A DNA stretch of 64,000 bases from a virus, in IMG/VR virus record IMGVR_UViG_3300032770_000001, positions 187,931 through 251,930 of that record; one strand, 5' to 3'. This document shows, in pieces, positions 53,937-62,276 of the stretch (position 1 is its first letter; every line of letters begins with the position of its first letter). Under the pieces are notes generated by a model. That model did no database searches and was not told the DNA's origin. It worked only from the letters and a program-made list of their open reading frames with translations. The translations under genes and the position numbers were made by a program.

Positions 53937-54582
53937 CTGGTATGACATGGTGCCTGTGAGTCAAATCACGCACCGTATTTTTGTCGGCGGCTACGCGCAA
54001 GCGGCACAGCTTCCCATCAACAACCCCCACAAAATCAGCGCCGTGCTCAACGTCTCGACCGAACCACCCTACGAGAAAGACCCGAACATCGTTTACTGCC
54101 ACGTCCCGTTCAATGACGGCGAGGGCATCCCCCGTAGCCAATTCGTAAAGTGTCTCGGTTTCCTCCAGTGGGCATACGAGACTGGTCACACGATCCTGAT
54201 CCATTGCGCAGCCGGAATTTCCCGGTCGGTTGTCATCACGGCGTCGTTCATGGAATACGAGAAACTCATGGGCTTCGATGAGGCTCTGGACCGTATCCGC
54301 AAGTGTCGCGCTATCGCGAACCCGGCTCCGGCAGTGCAGGTATCGGCAAAGAAATTCCTCGGAGTCTGGCCTTACGATGGTTCGATGGGCTCAACTTCAC
54401 AGGCCGAGCACGAGAAGGTCATCCGCGAGGCGTTCGTGTGGATGGATGCACAACGTGCGGCGGATGCCCACACCAAGGACAACTGTCCGATGAAGATTTT
54501 CCTGATCTCCCACAGCCCTGAAGACAACACGCCCCGGCACATGATAAAATGTACATGTGACCAACTTCTCACTGGGACGTAG
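53923..54582 (+). CDS. Dual-specificity / protein-tyrosine phosphatase (CX5R)
   Basis: Active-site loop ILIHCAAGISRSVVI (HCxxGxxRS); start at MKLGNWYDM with a GGGGA Shine-Dalgarno 5 nt upstream. Confidence 0.7.
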   Translation: MKLGNWYDMVPVSQITHRIFVGGYAQAAQLPINNPHKISAVLNVSTEPPYEKDPNIVYCHVPFNDGEGIPRSQFVKCLGFLQWAYETGHTILIHCAAGISRSVVITASFMEYEKLMGFDEALDRIRKCRAIANPAPAVQVSAKKFLGVWPYDGSMGSTSQAEHEKVIREAFVWMDAQRAADAHTKDNCPMKIFLISHSPEDNTPRHMIKCTCDQLLTGT

Positions 54583-54594
54583 TATTATCCATGT
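54579..54594 (+). promoter_or_regulatory. Promoter-like motif GTAGTATTATCCATGT abutting the start codon (copy 2)
   Basis: Near-identical to 19394..19410; ends directly at the ATG at 54595. Confidence 0.4.
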
Positions 54595-54837
54595 ATGGGC
54601 AATCTTTCGTATAAGCTGCTAGACAGCGAACAAGCCGCTTTCGAGAAATGGGCGAAAGAGCACGAAGGCTCGTGTGAGTATACGAGCAAAACCGCAGCGA
54701 ATCCAGCCCATCCCAAATACTTTACGCCGACCTCTCCAGTTGAGGTCGCTTTCCGCGCAACAGGGGTTGGACCTGTCATCCATGTTCGCTGCCTGTGCGG
54801 GGCAGAAGTTGACATTACAGATTACGAGGCATTCTAA
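54595..54837 (+). CDS. Hypothetical protein
   Basis: ORF of 80 aa. Confidence 0.35.
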   Translation: MGNLSYKLLDSEQAAFEKWAKEHEGSCEYTSKTAANPAHPKYFTPTSPVEVAFRATGVGPVIHVRCLCGAEVDITDYEAF

Positions 54838-55538
54838 TGGCAATCCCGGTTGAAGGACAACTGATTCAGTTGATGGATTTGAACGGTATCGGTGAAGCGA
54901 ACCAAGAGAAAATCTTCGCCTATCTGAATGTCGTCGCCGACAAGCACCCCGATACGGCGCAGCACTCCATGCGCGTTGGCGTGCTGGCTGCACGCATCGC
55001 CCGTGTGCAGGCGATTCCCGGCGTCACTCCCAAAATGCTGCTCTGGGCTGGCTGCCTGCATGACGTGGGCAAGGTCGTGGTAGACCTTGAAACTCTCAAT
55101 AAAGTTGAGAAATTCACCAAGAAGGACATGAAGAAAATGGAGCCGCACGTTATCATGGGATGGCAGATGCTCGATAAACTTCATGATTACACCGCCGCCA
55201 TCATCGTGCGTCACCACCAGTTCGGCCCGAAACCGTATCCCACGAAATTGCCGGAACTCCCGGATTGGCTCGAACCCAAGAAAGCCCTCATCAACACGGC
55301 GGCACGTCAGCTTGCGCTGGCGGACTACTATGACGCCCTGATGAACCGCAAGAACGACAAGAACAAGGCGAAGCCGAAGAAGGGTGAGAAGGTCGCAAAA
55401 GAACTCAACGGCGAAGAGAAGCGCAACCTGTACTTCAAGGACAACGCCGATCAGAGCCGCCTCATCATGCTGCTCGAACAGCAGGGTGTGCTCAAGTTCC
55501 CCGACGCCTATCAAGACACGGTTGTGCAGGTGCTCTGA
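54837..55538 (+). CDS. HD-GYP-like domain protein with degenerate GYP motif (HHQFGPKPYP)
   Basis: HSMRVGVLAARIA...AGCLHDVGKVVVDLETLNK...MEPHVIMGWQML...RHHQFGPKPYP follows the HD-GYP layout (H, HDxGK, H, HHExxDGxGYP) with the GYP region altered. Confidence 0.5.
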   Translation: MAIPVEGQLIQLMDLNGIGEANQEKIFAYLNVVADKHPDTAQHSMRVGVLAARIARVQAIPGVTPKMLLWAGCLHDVGKVVVDLETLNKVEKFTKKDMKKMEPHVIMGWQMLDKLHDYTAAIIVRHHQFGPKPYPTKLPELPDWLEPKKALINTAARQLALADYYDALMNRKNDKNKAKPKKGEKVAKELNGEEKRNLYFKDNADQSRLIMLLEQQGVLKFPDAYQDTVVQVL

Positions 55539-55789
55539 TGCTTGTCGAACTTCATTGGTACATGCCGTGGTATCCAATCGGAGACCCCGCGTTTCCGGAA
55601 CACCGTCCATTTTCCATTGCGCCCGATCAAGTGGCGGACGTATCCGTTCTTCCCCCCTATGCTTACACTTTCGTTAACGGCGGATCAGGCAGTTATCCTG
55701 AAGGCACGAATATCACGATGAAGAATGGTAACAAGTTCGAGGCTAAGGAAAAGTACGCTGAGGTCATGAAGCTGCTGAGGGGTGAATAG
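55538..55789 (+). CDS. Hypothetical protein
   Basis: ORF of 83 aa. Confidence 0.3.
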   Translation: MLVELHWYMPWYPIGDPAFPEHRPFSIAPDQVADVSVLPPYAYTFVNGGSGSYPEGTNITMKNGNKFEAKEKYAEVMKLLRGE

Positions 55790-56070
55790 TGCTTGCCGAG
55801 CTAATCCAAGAAGTCGAAGGATATAAGCGGGGGCAAGAGTACAAGATCAACTACCTAGCCCGGATGCTTGCCGCCTATGACGATAAAACGTGGGTGCGCC
55901 TAAGACGGGATCGCCGGAGAACGTACCTTCGGGCAGCGACCACCCTGTACCACAACTGGGGGGAGTTTGAGGCGTGGTTGCAGGCCAACAAATTTCCCGG
56001 AAAATCTGTGATTTCCGACCCCTTAGTAGAGGGCACACATGGGCAAGAAGGTCGCAGCGACCGAGGTTAA
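55789..56070 (+). CDS. Hypothetical protein (GTG start)
   Basis: ORF of 93 aa. Confidence 0.3.
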   Translation: MLAELIQEVEGYKRGQEYKINYLARMLAAYDDKTWVRLRRDRRRTYLRAATTLYHNWGEFEAWLQANKFPGKSVISDPLVEGTHGQEGRSDRG

Positions 56071-56524
56071 AGCACCCGGTACATATCAAAAGCACCTGAA
56101 ATACACCATATTCCTCGCCGGGGCCATCGACCAAGGCAGCGCCGTGGACTGGCAGAAAAAGGTGGCTCGTGCCCTCGACGACTTGGATGTCCTCGTTCTG
56201 AACCCCCGCCGTGACGATTGGGACGCCTCTTGGGAGCAGTGCCAAACCTGTGAACCCTTCCGCAGTCAAGTCATGTGGGAAATTCAGGCGCAGGAAGATT
56301 CCGACATGAACATCTTCGTGTTCACCAAGGATTCAAAAGCTCCTATCACTTTTTTCGAATTGGGAGCTTTCGGAACACGCAAGGAAGCCATCGTTTGTGC
56401 TGAGGAGGGTTTCTACCGTCAGGCGAACCTCGACATTTACTGCGAACACTTCGGTATCGCCATGTACCACAACCTTGACGAAATGATTGCCGACCTCCAT
56501 GATGTATTAGAGCAGAGGGCTTAA
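56039..56524 (+). CDS. Nucleoside 2-deoxyribosyltransferase-like protein
   Basis: YTIFLAGAIDQGSAVDWQKKVARALDDLDVLVLNPRR...FVFT...FFELGAFGTRKEAIVCAEE matches the flavodoxin-like NDT fold pattern. Confidence 0.4.
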   Translation: MGKKVAATEVKAPGTYQKHLKYTIFLAGAIDQGSAVDWQKKVARALDDLDVLVLNPRRDDWDASWEQCQTCEPFRSQVMWEIQAQEDSDMNIFVFTKDSKAPITFFELGAFGTRKEAIVCAEEGFYRQANLDIYCEHFGIAMYHNLDEMIADLHDVLEQRA

Positions 56525-57267
56525 TGGCAGGTCAGGACGTTTTCGTTCTCACATCTATCTTGGAAAACGGGGAGAATCGCCCCGTCGCCGTCACCACCGA
56601 CGAGCACGTTGCTAATGAGTGGGTACGGGCTGGCAACGATAACGACTGGATTTCCTTCACGCTCGACGATTTGAGCACCACCGGACTCGCCAAAGAAGTC
56701 ACCCCCTTTAAGCCGAAGCAGAAGATGCCTGCTGAGGAAGCCATTAAGAACATCAATGACCAACTGGTGAAACAGAATCAAGAGCTTCAGGAAGTCGTCC
56801 AGTTGCTTCAGAAACGCATTCAGATGTACGAAAAACGTATGGGCTACAAATCGAGTGCCGAAAACCCGCTGTTCGAGAAAAGCGCGGGGGCACCGGGTTC
56901 CCACCTGTACCACGGCACGTCCGAGAAAGCGTACAAAGCAATCATCCGCAATGACTACAAAATGACGGCACCGAGCTACTGGGCTACGCTAGAGGTTGCC
57001 GAGTATTACGCCGAGGTCGCGGCAGAAGAAGATGGCAGCAACATCAAAGTCGTAATCGAGATGCCAATAGGTTTGTTCAGTTCCGACCATTTAGCCCCGG
57101 ATGACAACTCCATCGCCGAGCCCCTGACCTACACGTTGGGGATGACTGAGACCGACTTGTACGATCAATGGCAAAGCAGCGATGGCACGTGGGAAGACAG
57201 CCTTGAAATTTATGGCAGCGTGAAGTACAACGCCGTCGTCGATATCAGACAGGGGAACCTTGTATGA
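56524..57267 (+). CDS. Hypothetical protein; C-terminal region with HGT motif (possible H-Y-E ADP-ribosyltransferase / Tpt1-like fold)
   Basis: SHLYHGTSEKAYKAIIRN...YWATLEVAEYYAEV...VVIEM resembles the KptA/Tpt1 LYHGTASRFLDEILKQGL block and the H-G-T ... Y-Y ... E order of H-Y-E ARTs; weak. Confidence 0.2.
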   Translation: MAGQDVFVLTSILENGENRPVAVTTDEHVANEWVRAGNDNDWISFTLDDLSTTGLAKEVTPFKPKQKMPAEEAIKNINDQLVKQNQELQEVVQLLQKRIQMYEKRMGYKSSAENPLFEKSAGAPGSHLYHGTSEKAYKAIIRNDYKMTAPSYWATLEVAEYYAEVAAEEDGSNIKVVIEMPIGLFSSDHLAPDDNSIAEPLTYTLGMTETDLYDQWQSSDGTWEDSLEIYGSVKYNAVVDIRQGNLV

Positions 57268-57455
57268 CTCGTGAAGAAGAGTTACGGGCGATTTTCTTTC
57301 CCGTCATGTACGAATGGTACGAGTGGAAGGAAGACCCGACCATTTTTGTACCCGGCACCGATTTCAACCGGATGTTGGATGAACTGAGAGAACGGTACAA
57401 GGTGACGCCGGAAGAGTGGGAAAAGCTGGAAATTCAATACTGGGAGACACTGTGA
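57264..57455 (+). CDS. Hypothetical protein
   Basis: ORF of 63 aa. Confidence 0.3.
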   Translation: MTREEELRAIFFPVMYEWYEWKEDPTIFVPGTDFNRMLDELRERYKVTPEEWEKLEIQYWETL

Positions 57456-57646
57456 TGGGGTTACGTGATGATGATCCGAGCATTTACGAAGATCGTGCGT
57501 TGTTAGAGTGGGCACGGCAAGCACCGAGACCACGCGGTTACGATGACGGACCGATGTCCGAGGAAGAGTCCGCCGCCCGTGACCATGCCGTCCGCGAGCA
57601 CGCGAAGCGCAAACCTCACGTTCGCCGCTACGCCGACGAGGACTGA
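57455..57646 (+). CDS. Hypothetical protein
   Basis: Start at MGLRDDDPS (TGATG overlap). Confidence 0.3.
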   Translation: MGLRDDDPSIYEDRALLEWARQAPRPRGYDDGPMSEEESAARDHAVREHAKRKPHVRRYADED

Positions 57647-57921
57647 TGCACCTGCACCAACTCCACCTACCTGTGGTCTTAGCGGTCTATTGGTTTCTCC
57701 AAGACCCGCACGAATACGTGTTTCGTTTCGTCCGCTGGGCTGCCAAGACGGTTATTTTCTGGGTGATGGCGTTTGTCGTTCTGATGCTCCTCGCCAACAT
57801 CATCGTGGGGATCATTCATTTCGGGTTCCACGTCCCCATGTCCGTAATCATAGCCACAGTTGATGGCTGGAATGCCTACGTCCGGCATTGGCGACAATGG
57901 TTGGAGGGGCACCAACTCTGA
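57646..57921 (+). CDS. Small membrane protein
   Basis: Two hydrophobic helices (LPVVLAVYWFL; FWVMAFVVLMLLANIIVGIIHF). Confidence 0.4.
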   Translation: MHLHQLHLPVVLAVYWFLQDPHEYVFRFVRWAAKTVIFWVMAFVVLMLLANIIVGIIHFGFHVPMSVIIATVDGWNAYVRHWRQWLEGHQL

Positions 57922-58058
57922 TGTGGCTTTCCATGATTTGGCTCTGCGGAGCCCTAGTTGTCGGCTGGGAAGGGCATATTCTTGCTTGTTTGATTTTGTT
58001 CGACTGCTACCTTGCCCATCGTATTTTCATTGAAAAAAGATTTCTTCGCAGGCCATAA
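57921..58058 (+). CDS. Unannotated small membrane protein (45 aa)
   Basis: MWLSMIWLCGALVVGWEGHILACLILFDCYLAHRIFIEKRFLRRP; ATGA overlap with the upstream stop; below the track cutoff. Confidence 0.3.
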   Translation: MWLSMIWLCGALVVGWEGHILACLILFDCYLAHRIFIEKRFLRRP

Positions 58059-58119
58059 AAATCCCGCCAATTCAGTATTCCTCTGTAGATGCCCCTGAGG
58101 GCGTCGGAAAAGAGGAAAC

Positions 58120-58482
58120 TTGAACCCCAAAAAGAAGAGTACCCCTCCGGCAAAACCGGAGGATTTTAAGTCCTTCAAGGACTTCTGCGAGAAATTCTAC
58201 CCAATCGACAAGTTCCCACGCCGTAAGCGTTGTCCGCATCCGAATTGTCCGGAGAACGACCGCGACCCGTGGATCGACGAGTACCGCGAGTGCACACTAC
58301 ACAAGCCGATCTGGATTTCTATCCCCGCTGGCGAGCACATTCATATCGAGTGCCCGGTCCATCCCGGAGGTCACATTCTACGCGGCTCCAACATCCGTTA
58401 CGAGATTCAGATGGACAAGGATGACTGGGGCACGCCCCGTTGGTGGAAGGAAAACAATCTTCCCGGAAAGGTCTGGATGTAA
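58120..58482 (+). CDS. Cys/His-rich protein, paralog 1 (IPAGEHIHIECPVHPGGH motif)
   Basis: Shares the block IPAG(E/Q)HIH..CPVHP with the following gene. Confidence 0.4.
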   Translation: MNPKKKSTPPAKPEDFKSFKDFCEKFYPIDKFPRRKRCPHPNCPENDRDPWIDEYRECTLHKPIWISIPAGEHIHIECPVHPGGHILRGSNIRYEIQMDKDDWGTPRWWKENNLPGKVWM

Positions 58483-58782
58483 ATGAAAATCCGTAAATCA
58501 AACCCATGCCCACAGTGTCCGCCTGACGCCCCTTACGAGGAACCGGAGCCGTACAATCCTGCCTGTATTTGCAACAAGCCGATGTTGCTGTACATCCCGG
58601 CAGGACAGCATATCCATTGCCCGGTACATCCGGACGTGGTTATCTACAGTTCCAGTCCGATGTGCATGAGCACAGGACTGGATTACACGCACGATGCCTC
58701 TAAGGATTTGACCTACGATTCGACCAAACCGTTTGGGACGATGACGGGCGCAAATATTCTGTCAGGCAAGATCACTTGCTGA
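58483..58782 (+). CDS. Cys/His-rich protein, paralog 2 (IPAGQHIHCPVHPDVVIY motif)
   Basis: Tandem paralog of 58120..58482. Confidence 0.4.
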   Translation: MKIRKSNPCPQCPPDAPYEEPEPYNPACICNKPMLLYIPAGQHIHCPVHPDVVIYSSSPMCMSTGLDYTHDASKDLTYDSTKPFGTMTGANILSGKITC

Positions 58783-58797
58783 AGTATTAAGCAGTAA

Positions 58798-59181
58798 GTG
58801 AGAACACCGCGTAAGCTTTTCAAGGCAATCCACCGGGCTCTGACCCCTGACCTCTTGAATCCCAAGTGGCGGGATAAGGTCAAGCCCGGTGACCATCCCA
58901 CGACCGGGCACTGCTACATCTCTGCCGAAGTCTTGTGGCATCTTTGGGGTAAGCGGCGGGGGTATCTCAGCTACGTTATTAGCGGCGAAGACTGGACACA
59001 TTGGTTCCTGATGCACCCGGCGTCTCGGCATAAAGCCGACCCCACAGCCGAGCAGTGGAAGGACGAGCCTATTCCTTACGACCGTGGACGTGCCTGCGGT
59101 TTCCTCACAAAAAAGCCCTCCAAGCGAGCAAGAATCGTAATCCGCCGTATTAGAGAACATGGGAAATCCGCAGTTTGTTGA
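58798..59181 (+). CDS. Hypothetical protein
   Basis: ORF of 127 aa. Confidence 0.35.
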   Translation: MRTPRKLFKAIHRALTPDLLNPKWRDKVKPGDHPTTGHCYISAEVLWHLWGKRRGYLSYVISGEDWTHWFLMHPASRHKADPTAEQWKDEPIPYDRGRACGFLTKKPSKRARIVIRRIREHGKSAVC

Positions 59182-59611
59182 TGCCTTGCTGTTCAGCCGT
59201 GATCTGAGATTTGTGGTTCTGATCCGCAAGACCAAACCCGCGTGGCAAGCTGGCAAGCTCAACTGCGTCGGCGGTAAGATCGAGCCCGGTGAGACGCCGG
59301 AACAGGCTGTTGTTCGCGAGTTCTGGGAAGAGACGGGTGTCCGGATCGAGAACTGGAAACGGTTTCTGGACCTGAAACTCACCCGCGATGACGGCGAGCT
59401 TTATTGTTTCTACGCCATCGGTGACACTTACGACATCGATAGCAAGACTGAAGAAATTGTCAGCGTCTATAACGTCGAAAGCCTGATGACCCGCACGGAT
59501 ACCATCCCTAATCTTCGTTGGCTGGTGCAAATGGCGTTGTCTTTTGAGTATGGCGAGTCCTCCGAAAAATTTGTTGCACAGGAAGTCGCTCCAGTCGGTA
59601 TTACTCAATAA
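59159..59611 (+). CDS. Nudix hydrolase
   Basis: Nudix box GGKIEPGETPEQAVVREFWEETGV (Gx5Ex7REUxEExGU). Confidence 0.75.
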   Translation: MGNPQFVDALLFSRDLRFVVLIRKTKPAWQAGKLNCVGGKIEPGETPEQAVVREFWEETGVRIENWKRFLDLKLTRDDGELYCFYAIGDTYDIDSKTEEIVSVYNVESLMTRTDTIPNLRWLVQMALSFEYGESSEKFVAQEVAPVGITQ

Positions 59612-59652
59612 GCTCGCAATGAGCCCACAATTCAACGAGGAGGCTTCAAGAG

Positions 59653-60258
59653 ATGTACGAAGCGCAAAGTTTTCGCAACCAACTCGTCGAATGGATGAAG
59701 GAAATCATCCCCTACTCCAACTTCGACAAATACGCTCGCAAAACACGCGAGGGTATCGAGACCAACCCACACAACACCGACCGTCACGCTAACCACGTGA
59801 ACTACGTCATCTACACCGCACGACACAGCTACAGCATTTCGGCTACGCCGACGTACCTTGGCTGCATCGCCTCGACCACATACTATCGCCCCGGTGAGAA
59901 CTGGACACGCGGCAACGATCTCCCGGATGGCAAGTTTTCCCGTGAGACGTGGGAAGCCATCAAAGACGCGATCATCCGCTTCGAACTGGAGAAGATCGAA
60001 CAGACAGTAGTGGGCGGGGTTCCCGATGGTCCGCCAAGCAACTACAAGCCGACGCCCATCGACGAGGAGTATTTCGCGGCTCGTCATGCGGCTTTCTTAG
60101 CACAGGAACGCCTGAGCAAGGCCGAGCGTGCCATGAACGGGCAGGACAAGAAAGACCCCGAAATGCCGTCCACTCGTGCAGCCGTAGAGCCCGAAGTGGA
60201 TATGGACGCTTTCGTAGTTGTAAAAACACCCGACAACGAACCCAAGGTCAGCGCATGA
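59653..60258 (+). CDS. Hypothetical protein
   Basis: ORF of 201 aa. Confidence 0.4.
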   Translation: MYEAQSFRNQLVEWMKEIIPYSNFDKYARKTREGIETNPHNTDRHANHVNYVIYTARHSYSISATPTYLGCIASTTYYRPGENWTRGNDLPDGKFSRETWEAIKDAIIRFELEKIEQTVVGGVPDGPPSNYKPTPIDEEYFAARHAAFLAQERLSKAERAMNGQDKKDPEMPSTRAAVEPEVDMDAFVVVKTPDNEPKVSA

Positions 60259-61196
60259 AAATCGAAAGCAAGTTGATTCTCGCAAGCAAATCAGCGGTGA
60301 CAGGCGTGAACCTGTACACCTTCGTTCTCACCTATCCCCGCGTCATCCTTGCGGAAGTCAACACGCATCGTATGCTGAGCCGCAACACTGCGTCTTCGCG
60401 TGCGATTCCTTCAAAGAAACAGAGAGAGCGGGTCTTACAAGACCCGTTTCTCCCTGTCACCATCGGGCAAAACCAGAAGGGGATGCAGGCCGGGGCGGAA
60501 CTTTCCGGCTGGCGTCGTACTGCCGCCTACAAGACGTGGGAGTACACCCGTTATGTTAACGTCTTCGCCTCCTACTTGCTCGACAAGCTGGGAGCCCACA
60601 AGCAGGTGGTCAATCGCATCGTCGAGCCGTGGACGTACACCCAGCAGGTAGTCACCGCGACCGACCTGAAGAATGTATTCAAGCTCCGCAACCACAAGGA
60701 TGCTGAGCCCCACTTCCAGATCATCGCTAAGCAGATGCAAGAGCAGGTTGAGTACGTCGAGCTTCTGTTTGAAAAAGCTTTGCCGCCTGAGATGTGGAAA
60801 GATGACAAGCTGTACCGCCGCCGTCTGGAACTGTATGGGATGCCGAAGGGTATCGGTGTGATCCAAGTGCTTCGCCCCGGTGAGTGGCATCTACCATTCG
60901 TCGATGACGATGAACTCTGGCCCGGCCACAACTACGATTTGGCGATCAACTGGGAAGAACTCAAGCAGGTCTCAACCGCCCGTGACGCCCGTGTCAGCTA
61001 CTTCCTGCCGGAGAACGGGCAACGTTCCGACTACAGCCGTGATCTCGAACTATGCGGTCGCCTGTCCACATCCGGGCACATGAGCCCGTTCGAGCACATT
61101 GCCACGCCTCTTGAAACTGCCACATATATGGGCAATTTCAAGGGCTGGAAGCAGTACCGCAAAGAATTTGAGCAGGAGGCTGGCGGCGACCGCTGA
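60255..61196 (+). CDS. ThyX-like (flavin-dependent thymidylate synthase fold) protein, atypical
   Basis: YTFVLTYPRVILAEVNTHRMLSRNTASSRAIP aligns with the ThyX signature YTFaIegvSRaftHQLVRHRiaSYsQeSqRY (the RHR-x7-S motif appears as THR-x7-S). Atypical in having a short N-terminus and a long C-terminal extension; adjacent to dCMP deaminase. Confidence 0.4.
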   Translation: MKIESKLILASKSAVTGVNLYTFVLTYPRVILAEVNTHRMLSRNTASSRAIPSKKQRERVLQDPFLPVTIGQNQKGMQAGAELSGWRRTAAYKTWEYTRYVNVFASYLLDKLGAHKQVVNRIVEPWTYTQQVVTATDLKNVFKLRNHKDAEPHFQIIAKQMQEQVEYVELLFEKALPPEMWKDDKLYRRRLELYGMPKGIGVIQVLRPGEWHLPFVDDDELWPGHNYDLAINWEELKQVSTARDARVSYFLPENGQRSDYSRDLELCGRLSTSGHMSPFEHIATPLETATYMGNFKGWKQYRKEFEQEAGGDR

Positions 61197-61214
61197 GTCG
61201 CAGTATTACTCCGT

Positions 61215-61727
61215 ATGGCAACCTTGTTTGTACCGGGGCTTTACCCCACAAAAGACGTTACACCTTCACGGTGGGATATCTTCTACCTCAAGATGTCCCA
61301 TCTGGTCTCTCAAATGTCGAAAGACCCCTCGACTCAAACTGGGGCGGTTATTGTCCGCCCGAACAAGTCCGTGGTGTCGGTCGGCTTCAACGGCTTCCCC
61401 AAGGACATGCCGGATAAGCCGGAATACTACGCCGACCGCGAACAAAAATACTCTCGCATCGTGCATTGCGAGATGAACGCCCTGCTGTTTACGAAAGAGT
61501 CGGTGCTGGGTTACACTCTCTACACGTGGCCGTTTGCTTCCTGTGACCGTTGCTGCGTATCCATGCTTCAGGCTGGGATTACACGTTTCGTCTTTCCGGA
61601 ACTGCCGGAAGACAAGAAAGAACGCTGGCAGAAGCCCTTGGATTTGACCAAGAAGTACATTGAGGAATGCAACCACCAGTGGCTTGAGATTGGGCTGAAG
61701 GAAATCTATCCTGATGGCACGGTGTAA
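61215..61727 (+). CDS. dCMP deaminase (cytidine/deoxycytidylate deaminase family)
   Basis: Zinc motifs HCEMNAL and PCDRCC, with typical length. Confidence 0.75.
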   Translation: MATLFVPGLYPTKDVTPSRWDIFYLKMSHLVSQMSKDPSTQTGAVIVRPNKSVVSVGFNGFPKDMPDKPEYYADREQKYSRIVHCEMNALLFTKESVLGYTLYTWPFASCDRCCVSMLQAGITRFVFPELPEDKKERWQKPLDLTKKYIEECNHQWLEIGLKEIYPDGTV

Positions 61728-61823
61728 ACGGCATCGCTTCGACACGTTGATTCGCAGCGCAACACGCCCGTGGATGTGCGGCAAGTGCGGATACTGGCCC
61801 CCAGCCAATAAACAGCCGAAGAA

Positions 61824-62276
61824 ATGATTAAGAACTACCCCAACCACCGCTGGCAGGATGTCTACCGCCATGGACGCATCTACAGGGAATGGTACCGCTT
61901 AAAGCCGGAATACGGCGAGAAATTGCACCTGACGCGGGCGGACGTTTCCAAGGGGCGGGCATTCTTCGACACCTTCCAGTTCTGGATTAACCTCAAGCCT
62001 TGGAATGGGTTCCGCAATAAAGCAGGAGAACGGCACGCCAATACTATGGTCGCTCTGCCGTTATGGTACCGTTCTAAGTACGATTACCACGATTTCGGAC
62101 AGCACCGCTGGGAGATTGAAATTTGCTTCCTGAATGTGCTATATATACAGTGGCACCGAAATCGGGATTTAGATACCAAGGTCGCCCTGCGATTCAAGAA
62201 AATTTTTGGAAGGGATGTACACCCGTATGCCAGAGTCCAAACCGAAGCGGAAGCAAGACAAGCAGCGTCCGTATAG
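61824..62276 (+). CDS. Hypothetical protein
   Basis: ORF of 150 aa. Confidence 0.35.
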   Translation: MIKNYPNHRWQDVYRHGRIYREWYRLKPEYGEKLHLTRADVSKGRAFFDTFQFWINLKPWNGFRNKAGERHANTMVALPLWYRSKYDYHDFGQHRWEIEICFLNVLYIQWHRNRDLDTKVALRFKKIFGRDVHPYARVQTEAEARQAASV

